Assembly: GCA_003605035.1 (NCBI GenBank)
Contig: QZKJ01000014.1
Location: 15,191-79,190, forward strand
Direction: 5' to 3'
Origin: Desulfurivibrio sp.
GTDB taxonomy: Bacteria > Desulfobacterota > Desulfobulbia > Desulfobulbales > SURF-16
Length of the DNA: 64,000 nt
Below the pieces are notes generated by a model. The model did not search any database and had not been told where the DNA came from. It saw only the letters and a list, made by a program, of their open reading frames with translations. Shown here one piece after another: positions 28,180 through 36,491 of the stretch; position 1 is the first letter of the stretch; every line of letters begins with the position of its first letter. Made by a program: the position numbers and the translations under genes.

Positions 28180-28551
28180 ATGTCCGAATTGAAAGATCCA
28201 AGAGTTCTCTTTGCCGCGGAACGGACACTGCTGTCGTGGAACAGGACGTGCTCCTCTCTCATGGCCTTTGGTTTCGTCATCGAACGCTTCGGCCTGTTTC
28301 TCCAGATTGCCGCGGGCGAGAGCCTCAAGACATTCCAACGGCATTTTTCCTTCTCAGTGGGTATTGCCTTTGTGCTGCTCGCCTCCTTTGTGGCCATTTA
28401 CTCGGTTTTTCAGCACATCAGAATACTCAGATCACTCAATCCCGCCGAACTGCCGCCCGGCTACAACCCCCATATCGGCATCATGACCAACGGCATACTG
28501 GGCACCCTGGGTCTGGTACTGACCGCATACCTGTTCCGGGGGTTCCTGTAG
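28180..28551 (+). CDS. YidH/DUF202 family membrane protein
   Basis: DPRVLFAAERTLLSWNRT motif and three TM segments. SD AGGAGG upstream of ATG 28180. Confidence 0.9.
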   Translation: MSELKDPRVLFAAERTLLSWNRTCSSLMAFGFVIERFGLFLQIAAGESLKTFQRHFSFSVGIAFVLLASFVAIYSVFQHIRILRSLNPAELPPGYNPHIGIMTNGILGTLGLVLTAYLFRGFL

Positions 28552-28603
28552 TATTCATCAACCGCAGGGCCGCAATCTCCACCGGCGGCATTTCAGTAAT
28601 AAC

Positions 28604-30097
28604 ATGACAATTACGAGCATAATAGCGGCAGCCCTCATCCTCCTCGGCATCATTCTCATGTCCGCCTCCATCATCCTGGGCCGGAAAATAACGAGAAGCC
28701 TGCCCCTTGAACTGCGGCACAACTGGCTGCCGCTGCTCAGTCTCATGTCGCTCTTTCTGCTCGGCTATATCGGTTTTCTGCCCCTGCTGGGCGAACAGAC
28801 CGTTTTCCCGCCGCAGCTGTTTGCTTCCTTTATTTTACTGGGCGGCGCCATTTTTGTTTTCCTGGTCACCAGTTTCACCAGGAGCACCATTGTCAGGATC
28901 AAGGCGGATGAAGCGCAGCTGAAAAAAAACAATATGCTGCTGGCCGACGAGATCCGTTTTCGGCGGGCGGCGGAAGAAAAGTTCCGCCGCCAGAGCGAGA
29001 TGATGCAGCATGACATTTTGGAAATCATGGCGGAAATGATTGCCAACCGGGACCTGCACACCTATGAACATGCCGCCCAGGTCGCCAGGATTGCCGGGCT
29101 CATCGGCCGGGAGCTGAAACTCAACGACGATGACCTCAAAGCCCTGGAATTCGGCTGCCTGGTCCATGACATCGGCAAAACCGCCATTCCGGATGACGTG
29201 CTGCTGAAACCGGGCAACTTCGACCCCCAGGACCGCTTCATCATGCAGTACCATCCCCTGGTCGGCGCGAAAATCTTTGCCCGGCACCTGCAGGACGACC
29301 GGATAACCAGCAGCATCCTCAATCATCACGAACGCCTCGACGGCAGCGGCTACCCTGCCGGCCTCAAGGGAGACGAGATCGACCTTTTTTCACGGATCAT
29401 CGCCGTGGCGGACACCTATGAATCACTGCTGGCCAGACGTCCCTACAAGCAGCCCATGTCCCGGGACAAGGCCCTGGCCATTGTGGAACAGGAGGCCAGC
29501 GCCGGCCAGCTCGACCAGGAGCTGGTCAGGCTGCTGAAAAAGATAGCTCCGCAAATTCCCGAGACTATTACCTTTTCGCCCCAGGTCACGGCCGGTTTCA
29601 TGAAAGACATCGAGGTATTCCGCCAGAAAACCTATTTCCGGGAACCGCTGACCGACTTCTACAACTACCGCTATCTCTATTTTCTCAATGATGCCGCGCT
29701 GCTGAGAAACAACACCATGCCCTACGACCTCTTTCTCGTTGATATTCCCACCTTCGGCGAATTGCAGCAGAAGACCGGCCATGTGGTGGCCGACCAGGTC
29801 CTCGATGAACTGGGCCACCGGCTGCTGAAAACCGCCACCGAATGGGGGAGCGGCAGCGCGGATGCCGGTCTGGTGATGCTGTTTCGCAAGGGCAAGGATT
29901 ATCTGCTGTACGGAGAATTTTCCGAGGCAGGCGACACCACCGCCTTTCTGCAGCAGCTCCAGGAGCAGCTGGCGGCAGTGCGGCAGGAGTGGGATCTGGC
30001 GGCAAATCTGCATCGACAGCACTTTGTTGCCGGCTTTCCCATGGATAAGGCCCTGGCAAGTCTTTTTGCCGCCCCGACCAGACCCGCGTCAGGCTGA
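28604..30097 (+). CDS. Membrane-bound HD-GYP phosphodiesterase with degenerate C-terminal GGDEF-like domain
   Basis: Three TM segments, HDIGK, HHERLDGSGYP and VADTY. The C-terminal segment EPLTDFYNYRY...GHVVADQVL...FRKGKDY lacks GGDEF. Confidence 0.88.
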   Translation: MTITSIIAAALILLGIILMSASIILGRKITRSLPLELRHNWLPLLSLMSLFLLGYIGFLPLLGEQTVFPPQLFASFILLGGAIFVFLVTSFTRSTIVRIKADEAQLKKNNMLLADEIRFRRAAEEKFRRQSEMMQHDILEIMAEMIANRDLHTYEHAAQVARIAGLIGRELKLNDDDLKALEFGCLVHDIGKTAIPDDVLLKPGNFDPQDRFIMQYHPLVGAKIFARHLQDDRITSSILNHHERLDGSGYPAGLKGDEIDLFSRIIAVADTYESLLARRPYKQPMSRDKALAIVEQEASAGQLDQELVRLLKKIAPQIPETITFSPQVTAGFMKDIEVFRQKTYFREPLTDFYNYRYLYFLNDAALLRNNTMPYDLFLVDIPTFGELQQKTGHVVADQVLDELGHRLLKTATEWGSGSADAGLVMLFRKGKDYLLYGEFSEAGDTTAFLQQLQEQLAAVRQEWDLAANLHRQHFVAGFPMDKALASLFAAPTRPASG

Positions 30098-30182
30098 GAC
30101 AAAAGTTCAACTTTCTGCGTTGTGGTGACATGTTGAAATTAAATAGATATTTCCAGGTCAGCGGGGGATTGTTCCCGGAGAA

Positions 30183-30263
30183 ATCAGGGGCCAGAAGTCA
30201 GGAGCCAGAATAAAACGTAACAAAATCAATCATTCTGAATTCTGTCTCCTGTCTGCTGAATTC
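30183..30263. repeat. Inverted arrays of degenerate 7-mer repeats
   Basis: GCCAGAA GTCAGGA GCCAGAA, a ~22-nt spacer, then TTCTGAA TTCTGTC TCCTGTC TGCTGAA. Confidence 0.65.
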
Positions 30264-30349
30264 CCATGACGGGGATCAGAGCAGCAACTATGTCACATAA
30301 ATACCGTTAGTTCGGCAAAATACATCACGTCAGAAGTTGAAACAAAAGC

Positions 30350-30379
30350 AAAAGCCCCTGCCGGATGGCAGGGGCTTTT
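30350..30379 (-). terminator. Rho-independent terminator (bidirectional-type)
   Basis: AAAAGCCCCTGCC-GGAT-GGCAGGGGCTTTT. Confidence 0.85.
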
Positions 30380-30419
30380 GGTTGAGGAGAGGGGAAGAGA
30401 AAATGCAGTTGACCGTCGA

Positions 30420-30878
30420 TTAATTCCACTTGGGGCAGGGGCCATTGCCTCCCCGGCCCATGCCCATACCCATACCCATACCCATGCCCATGCCGCGGCC
30501 CGGTCCGTCGCAGCCCAAGCCGCCCTGCCAGCCCACCTCGTCGGCCTTTTCCTGAATCTGGGTGCGCAGGTCAAACATCTCCTTGGCCAGGGCATCGATT
30601 TTTGCTTCATCCGGAGTTGCCGCAAAGGTCAGTGCCCGCATCTGCTCGTTTTTGCTGAACATCTCCCGGCGCAGATCAACGGTGGCGTCCATAAAGGAAT
30701 TGTAGGTCTTTCTGGTTTCCTCATCCATCACCTGCGCATTCTGCCCGGCGTTCGCCTTCCAGCAGTTCGCCCCGGCAGGCCCGCCGCCCCAGCCCATGCC
30801 GCGCTGGGCGTCCGCCTGCTGAATGCCGAAGAAACCGATGCTTGCCGCCAGTGCCAATGCTGCCAGTATTTTTTTCAT
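30420..30878 (-). CDS. Periplasmic ZraP/Spy/CpxP-family protein
   Basis: Signal peptide, helical core LRREMFSK...PDEAKIDALAKEMFDLR and a Gly/Met-rich tail (GMGMGMGMGMG). Confidence 0.85.
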   Translation of the reverse strand: MKKILAALALAASIGFFGIQQADAQRGMGWGGGPAGANCWKANAGQNAQVMDEETRKTYNSFMDATVDLRREMFSKNEQMRALTFAATPDEAKIDALAKEMFDLRTQIQEKADEVGWQGGLGCDGPGRGMGMGMGMGMGMGRGGNGPCPKWN

Positions 30879-30950
30879 GATGATCCTCCTTGTTATATAG
30901 GAATTTTTTTTTTGAAAACTGAAATATGCGCGCGTTTGCTTATCTCTATA

Positions 30951-30966
30951 TTCAACTTGCGTGCCA
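30951..30966 (-). promoter_or_regulatory. Putative sigma54 (-24/-12) promoter of the zraP-like gene
   Basis: Minus strand TGGCACGCAAGTTGAA (consensus TGGCAC-N5-TTGC, one mismatch at -12). An AT-rich tract and inverted repeats lie upstream. Confidence 0.6.
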
Positions 30967-31265
30967 GCACAGCGATAAATTGGATAACATATTAATATTA
31001 AATAAAATTATTCTTTATCCTGTCAGATTATCGGCGGCGGCGGACAGGGCAAAGGCCTCTTTCAGCCAGCCGTCTTCGACACTATTGTCGAGCGAAGACG
31101 GCAAAATGTCGAAAGCTCTTTCCCGGGGGGAATTGCGGCAGAAGAATTCCAGCGGAAGAAACCGGGGCTACCCGGGCGGCCACAGCCTGGCTGCGGCGCC
31201 GGTCGGGTGCACCTGGCTTACGGAAAATCAGAGGGAAAGGGGCATCAGACGCTGCCCGCGGCAGG

Positions 31266-34200
31266 CTAGCCCAGCACCTTGCGGACTTTGGCCAGCAGGC
31301 CGTTGACGGTAAAGGGTTTCTGGATGAAGTTGACGCCCGCCTCAAGTACGCCGCGGTGGGCGATGACATTATCGGTATAGCCCGACATGTAGAGCACCTT
31401 CATCTCAGGGTAACGGCCGGCCAGCCGGTCAAAAAGCTCCCTGCCGCTCATGCCGGGCATGATCACGTCGGTCAGCAGCAGGTGCAGCGGCCCCTCATGG
31501 CGGTCGAGGATGCCCAGCGCATCGCTGCCGTCGCAGGCGATGAGGAGCGCGTAGCCCCGCCGGCTGAGAATGGTCCGGGCAAGATTGCGCACCTGCTCAT
31601 TATCCTCCACCAGCAGAATGGTTTCAGAGCCGCGCATGTCCATGGCTGCCGCGTCGGCGGCCCCGGCTTGCTGCGCCACACCAGGCTCCCCGGCCACGGG
31701 AAAGTACAGCTTGAAGGTTGAACCTTTTCCCTCTTCACTGTAAACCCAGATGCTGCCGCCGTGCTGCTTGACGATGCCGTAAACCGTGGCCAGGCCCAGG
31801 CCGGTGCCCTCTTCCTTGGCCTTGGTGGTGAAAAATGGCTCAAACATATGCGCCAGGGTTTCGCTGTCCATGCCGCAGCCCGAGTCACTGATCATCAGCC
31901 TGACATAGACGCCGGCGCTCATGCCGGGTTTTTCAGCTGCATAGGCCTCATCCACCTCAACCCTCTCCGTTTCAATGGTCAGCCTGCCGCCCCTGGGCAT
32001 GGCATCCTGGGCGTTGACCGCCAGATTCATGATCACCTGCTCGAGCTGGCCGATATCGCCCCGGATGAGCGGCAGTGGGGAAGCGCTGCGAATAGTGATA
32101 TCAATATCCTCCCTGATGGTGCGGCGCAGCAGCTTCTCGAACTGGGTGAGCACGCTGTTCAAGTCAATCTCTTTGAACTCCATCACCTGTTTGCGGCTTA
32201 AGGCCAGCAGCTGACGCACCAGGTCCCGGGCCCGCTTGCCGGCCTTGACGATTTCTTCCATGTCGTTTTTGCGCAGGTCTCCTTCACTGAAATCCTCCAG
32301 CAGCATCTCGCCATAGCCGAGAATCGGGGAAAGCAGGTTGTTGAGATCATGGGCCACGCCGCCGGCCAGACGGCCGACGGACTCAAGTTTCTGGGACTGC
32401 TGGAACTGGGCCTCCAGCCTGGCTTTCTCTTCATGAATACGCAGATGCTCGGTGATGTCGCGTTTGACGGCCACGTAATTGATGATCCGTCCTTCGGCAT
32501 CCCGCACCGGCGAGATGGTGGCCTCCTCGATGAACAGGGTGCCGTCCTTGCGTTTATTGGTTAAACGTCCCTGCCAGTTGCGGCCGCCGGAGATGACCCG
32601 CCACATTTCCGCATAAAAGGCCGCATCCTGCCCGTCGCTCTTCAGGATGCGCGGATTGCGGCCGATGGCCTCAAAGCGGCTGTAGCCCGTTGCCCGCTCA
32701 AAGGCCGGGTTGACATACTGGATGGTGCCGGCGGCATCGGTGATGACGATGGTTTCGCCGGACTGTTCAATGGCCATGAGCAGCCGTTCCCGTTCCGTCT
32801 CCGCCCTCTTGCGGTCGGTGACATCCATGCAGATCACGGCAAACTGTTCGGGCCGGGGACGGTAAGCGGTGACCGCGTAATATTTGTCCAGTACCCGGCT
32901 GTAACTCTCAAATTGCATGGTCTGGCCGCTGTCAACCACCTGGCCGTAACGCTCGATCCAGAAGGATTCAACGCCCGGCAGCACATCAAGGACCGTTCTG
33001 CCGATCAGCTTTCCGGCCGCAAGTCCGGTCATGCGCTCAAAGGCGGGATTGACCTCCAGGAAACGGTAGTTGCAGGGCGAGCCGGTGTCGTCCCGGATTA
33101 TCTCATGCAGGGCAAAGGCCGAATCCATTGAGTCAAAGAGCAGCCGATAACGCTCTTCACTGTCCCGCAGGGCCATCTCGGCATTCCTGCGTTCAGTGAT
33201 GTCCATGATATTGCCGATGACCCGCACGACCTTCCCCGCCTTCATCACCGCCTCGGCCACTGTCCGGACCCAGATCCTGCCTCCGCTGCAGGGAGTAAAA
33301 GGAAACTCCAGGTCATAGGGTTGCCCTTCGCTGGCGCAACGCTGGAAGGCGGCCCTTATAACCGGGCGGTCCTCTGGATCATAACACTCCAGACTCCTGG
33401 CCACCAGTTCGGCTGAACCAGACGCAACCTTGCCCGGCGGCAGACCGTGAATACGGTACACCTCCTCTGTCCAGAACATGGCCTGTCTTTCCACATCCCA
33501 CTCCCAGCCGCCCATCCTGGTCAGCCGCTGGGTGGCATTGAGCAGCGCCTCGCTCTGCCGCAGGGCCATCTCGGCCCGCACCCGGCTGGTGACCTCGGCC
33601 AGGGTGAAAACCAGTCCCGTGATTCTGCCGCTTGTATCCCTGGTCGGCACCAGACCCCAGTCCCAGTAGGTCACCCCCCGTTCCGGCTGATCGGGAAACT
33701 CAAACGGCTTGGCCGCCACGAAAAACGGTTCGCCCGTATCCGCCACCCGCTGGAAGATCGCCTGGTTTTCCTCGTGGGGGTAGAGAGCAAAGTGATTTTT
33801 GCCCGGGAAAAAGTCCGGATCCTGCCGGCAGGTTTGGGCATAGGCGCGATTGACCCAGATGAAGTTGAAATGCACGTCAAGATACACGGCCATCATATGG
33901 GTATGCTCCAGCACCCCGGCCATGAGCTGGTTGGATTGCGCCAGCCGGATCTCGCTTTCCCGCAGCGCCTCCTCGACCCGCCTGCGCTCTTCCACGACGC
34001 GGGCCAGCTTGATGTTGCCGTAACTCAACGCTGAAATCAGGGCGGTGAAACGGGCATAGAAACTCATGATGGTATTGACGGTTTCCCGGCTCCAGCGCGG
34101 CACCTGCTGGAGGGCGGCCAGGTACTCAGCCTCATTGAACCCGTATTGCCTGGCCTGGGCCGCAAAGGTCTCGCGGTCCGGGCTTTCTTCGGCAAAGAAA

Positions 34201-35786
34201 AACTGCCCGAGAAACAGGTTGCCCAGATGCCTGTCGCCCACCATGACCGGGGTGGCGATATCCCACATGTGGTTCTTGCATTTATAGATCCTGAAGTTGC
34301 CGGGCGGCACTCCGGATGACAGTTCAATGTCGCTTTCCAGGCAGTTCCGGCAGGTTTCCGGGTGGGCGCGGTGAAACTTCGAGCAGATATCCTGCCAGCC
34401 GGTGGCCACCAGCACCCTGCCGTGCAGATCGATAATGCCGACGCCGATATTGGTCAGTTTGTAGAAATCATTCATCAGCTCCTGGATCGCCCCCACATCC
34501 AGGATATCGTGCAAATCAAGCAGGCCGATATCTCCTTCCGGCAGCAGAATGGCGTCAAGCTTGGCCCGGACCTGCGCCTCGCTCTGCCGCAGCCTTTCCG
34601 CCGCCAGCTTGCGATCGGTGATATCCCGCCAGATGCAGTGGTAGACGGAACGTCCCCCGGCCTCAAGCAGCTGGGCCGTCACATGGACATGTCTGATTTC
34701 ACCCTGCCGGGTGCGCTGCAGGGTATCAAAAGAGTCGTATCCCTCCTGCATGACCTGGCGGATATGGGCCCGGCTCTGTCCGGCCGTTTCCGCCGCCTCG
34801 ATGTCGGCCAGGGTAAGGTTGGCGAATTCCTGCCGGGAGTAGCCCAGCTGCCGGCAGGCCTGCTCATTGAATTCAAGCGGCTGGGTGGTTTCCGGATTGA
34901 GAATCACCACCCCGTCCGGACTCTGTTCAAAGAGCGTGCGGTAGCGGATTTCCGTCTCCCGCAGTTCACGGCTTCTTCTCTCCAGCAGGTCCTCCACCCG
35001 CAGCAGGGATCTTTCCCGGCAGACCCTGGCGCAGACTTCGATAAGATACTCCGGCGCAAAGGGTTTGCGCAGATAGGCCGCCGCGCCCTGCCGCATCCAG
35101 GCCAGGGCCAGTTCCGGACTCGGGTCGGTGGTCATCATGATGCAGACGCAGTCAGGCCGGCTGAGGCAGAAATCCGCCAGCAGACTGTCCCCCTTGGCAT
35201 CAGGCAGGTGATAGTCCAGCAGGGCAATGTCGTAGGCGTCGCGGCCAAACGCCTCTGCCGCGGCCCGGGCGGTGCATGCCGTATCAGCCCGGTAGCCGTG
35301 GCTGGCAAAAACCTTCTGCAGGGCCGTGGCCAGGGCCATGCTGTCCTCAACAATCAACACCCGGCGGACCGGACGCGCCGAACCGCCCGCGAGCAGCGTC
35401 CGCACCTGCTCAAGGAAGCGGCCGCCGTCCACCGGCGACGGCAGAAAGGCGTTGGCGCCCAGCTCCTCGGTAATGCGGGTGGCCTCTTCCCCGGCAAAGG
35501 TGGCTGAAATGACCAGGATGGGAATATGGTTGCAGAATTGGTATTCCGGCGAGCGGAGCAGCCGGCAGAAGCGCCAGCCGTCAATGCCCGGCATATAGAG
35601 GTCGGTGACGATGAGACCAGGCGGCCGCCGCGGGTCCAGGGCGGCCAGGGCGGCCGCCGCGCCGGCAAAAGTCTGCACCTCAAGCCCTTCCCTGCCCAAC
35701 AGTCCGGCCAGCACCGCAAGCTGGGTCGGGTCGTCGTTGACCAGCACCACCCGTGCCGCCGGCCCCTCAGCTGCGCTTCTGCTCAT
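31266..35786 (-). CDS. Cytoplasmic hybrid histidine kinase (REC-REC-PAS-PocR-multi-PAS-HisKA-HATPase-REC)
   Basis: Two N-terminal receivers, a PocR-like segment (GWQDICSKFHR...CRNC...YKCKNHMWDIATP), several PAS domains, VAHDLNNLL, GTGLGL and a C-terminal REC (LLLTDVIMPGM). Confidence 0.93.
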   Translation of the reverse strand: MSRSAAEGPAARVVLVNDDPTQLAVLAGLLGREGLEVQTFAGAAAALAALDPRRPPGLIVTDLYMPGIDGWRFCRLLRSPEYQFCNHIPILVISATFAGEEATRITEELGANAFLPSPVDGGRFLEQVRTLLAGGSARPVRRVLIVEDSMALATALQKVFASHGYRADTACTARAAAEAFGRDAYDIALLDYHLPDAKGDSLLADFCLSRPDCVCIMMTTDPSPELALAWMRQGAAAYLRKPFAPEYLIEVCARVCRERSLLRVEDLLERRSRELRETEIRYRTLFEQSPDGVVILNPETTQPLEFNEQACRQLGYSRQEFANLTLADIEAAETAGQSRAHIRQVMQEGYDSFDTLQRTRQGEIRHVHVTAQLLEAGGRSVYHCIWRDITDRKLAAERLRQSEAQVRAKLDAILLPEGDIGLLDLHDILDVGAIQELMNDFYKLTNIGVGIIDLHGRVLVATGWQDICSKFHRAHPETCRNCLESDIELSSGVPPGNFRIYKCKNHMWDIATPVMVGDRHLGNLFLGQFFFAEESPDRETFAAQARQYGFNEAEYLAALQQVPRWSRETVNTIMSFYARFTALISALSYGNIKLARVVEERRRVEEALRESEIRLAQSNQLMAGVLEHTHMMAVYLDVHFNFIWVNRAYAQTCRQDPDFFPGKNHFALYPHEENQAIFQRVADTGEPFFVAAKPFEFPDQPERGVTYWDWGLVPTRDTSGRITGLVFTLAEVTSRVRAEMALRQSEALLNATQRLTRMGGWEWDVERQAMFWTEEVYRIHGLPPGKVASGSAELVARSLECYDPEDRPVIRAAFQRCASEGQPYDLEFPFTPCSGGRIWVRTVAEAVMKAGKVVRVIGNIMDITERRNAEMALRDSEERYRLLFDSMDSAFALHEIIRDDTGSPCNYRFLEVNPAFERMTGLAAGKLIGRTVLDVLPGVESFWIERYGQVVDSGQTMQFESYSRVLDKYYAVTAYRPRPEQFAVICMDVTDRKRAETERERLLMAIEQSGETIVITDAAGTIQYVNPAFERATGYSRFEAIGRNPRILKSDGQDAAFYAEMWRVISGGRNWQGRLTNKRKDGTLFIEEATISPVRDAEGRIINYVAVKRDITEHLRIHEEKARLEAQFQQSQKLESVGRLAGGVAHDLNNLLSPILGYGEMLLEDFSEGDLRKNDMEEIVKAGKRARDLVRQLLALSRKQVMEFKEIDLNSVLTQFEKLLRRTIREDIDITIRSASPLPLIRGDIGQLEQVIMNLAVNAQDAMPRGGRLTIETERVEVDEAYAAEKPGMSAGVYVRLMISDSGCGMDSETLAHMFEPFFTTKAKEEGTGLGLATVYGIVKQHGGSIWVYSEEGKGSTFKLYFPVAGEPGVAQQAGAADAAAMDMRGSETILLVEDNEQVRNLARTILSRRGYALLIACDGSDALGILDRHEGPLHLLLTDVIMPGMSGRELFDRLAGRYPEMKVLYMSGYTDNVIAHRGVLEAGVNFIQKPFTVNGLLAKVRKVLG

Positions 35787-36403
35787 GACTTTTCCTCATC
35801 CTCACCTTCGTTAAAACATTCAGGGTAATTTTTCTGCAGGCATTCCGGACAGATGCCGTGGCTGAAGCTGACCTCGGAATGGCGGCTGACATAAGCTTCA
35901 ACCTGGTCCCAGTAGCCCTGGTCGTCACGGATCTTCTTGCAGAAGGAACAGATCGGGATAATGCCCTGCAGGGTTTTGATATGGTCAAGCGCTTTACGCA
36001 GCTCCTGCACCTGGGCGCTCAATTTTTCCTGCAGGCTGATCAGGCGGCTGCCCACGGCGATCCTGGCCCGGAGCTCTCCGGGATCAAACGGCTTGGCCAG
36101 ATAGTCATCCGCCCCGGCCTCCAGTCCGGCGATGATATCGGCCTTCCCTCCCCTGGTGGTCAGGATGATGATATAGGGCGGTGGCAGGGATGGCATGGCC
36201 CGGATCCGGCGCACCACCTCAAGCCCGTCCAGGCCGGGCATCATCCAGTCGAGGATGGCCAGCCGCGGCGCCGCGGGTTGCTGCAGGGCGGCCAGGGCTT
36301 CCGGACCGCTGGCCGTCACCTCCACTTCATGTCCATCTTTCTTCAACACCGCCGACAGCATGACGCGCGAGGTCAGGTCATCTTCCGCGATCAGGATGCG
36401 CAT
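35783..36403 (-). CDS. Response regulator with C-terminal Cys-rich domain
   Basis: MRILIAEDD...ILDWMMPG...KPF and a C-terminal ICSFCKKIRD...SHGICPEC. Start reassigned to ATG 36403. Confidence 0.9.
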   Translation of the reverse strand: MRILIAEDDLTSRVMLSAVLKKDGHEVEVTASGPEALAALQQPAAPRLAILDWMMPGLDGLEVVRRIRAMPSLPPPYIIILTTRGGKADIIAGLEAGADDYLAKPFDPGELRARIAVGSRLISLQEKLSAQVQELRKALDHIKTLQGIIPICSFCKKIRDDQGYWDQVEAYVSRHSEVSFSHGICPECLQKNYPECFNEGEDEEKS

Positions 36404-36491
36404 GATTTTCTCCTTGCCTGCTATGATATGTTCCGGCAGGCCATGCTGCGGGGTGAAAAGGACCGGCACACCCCTGGCTGCCCGGCGTCTC

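Noticed and set aside
30457-30494. Hexamer repeat CCCATR as a contingency locus
   Set aside because: In-frame Gly-Met codon repeat within the ZraP-like tail. Length changes would not shift the frame.
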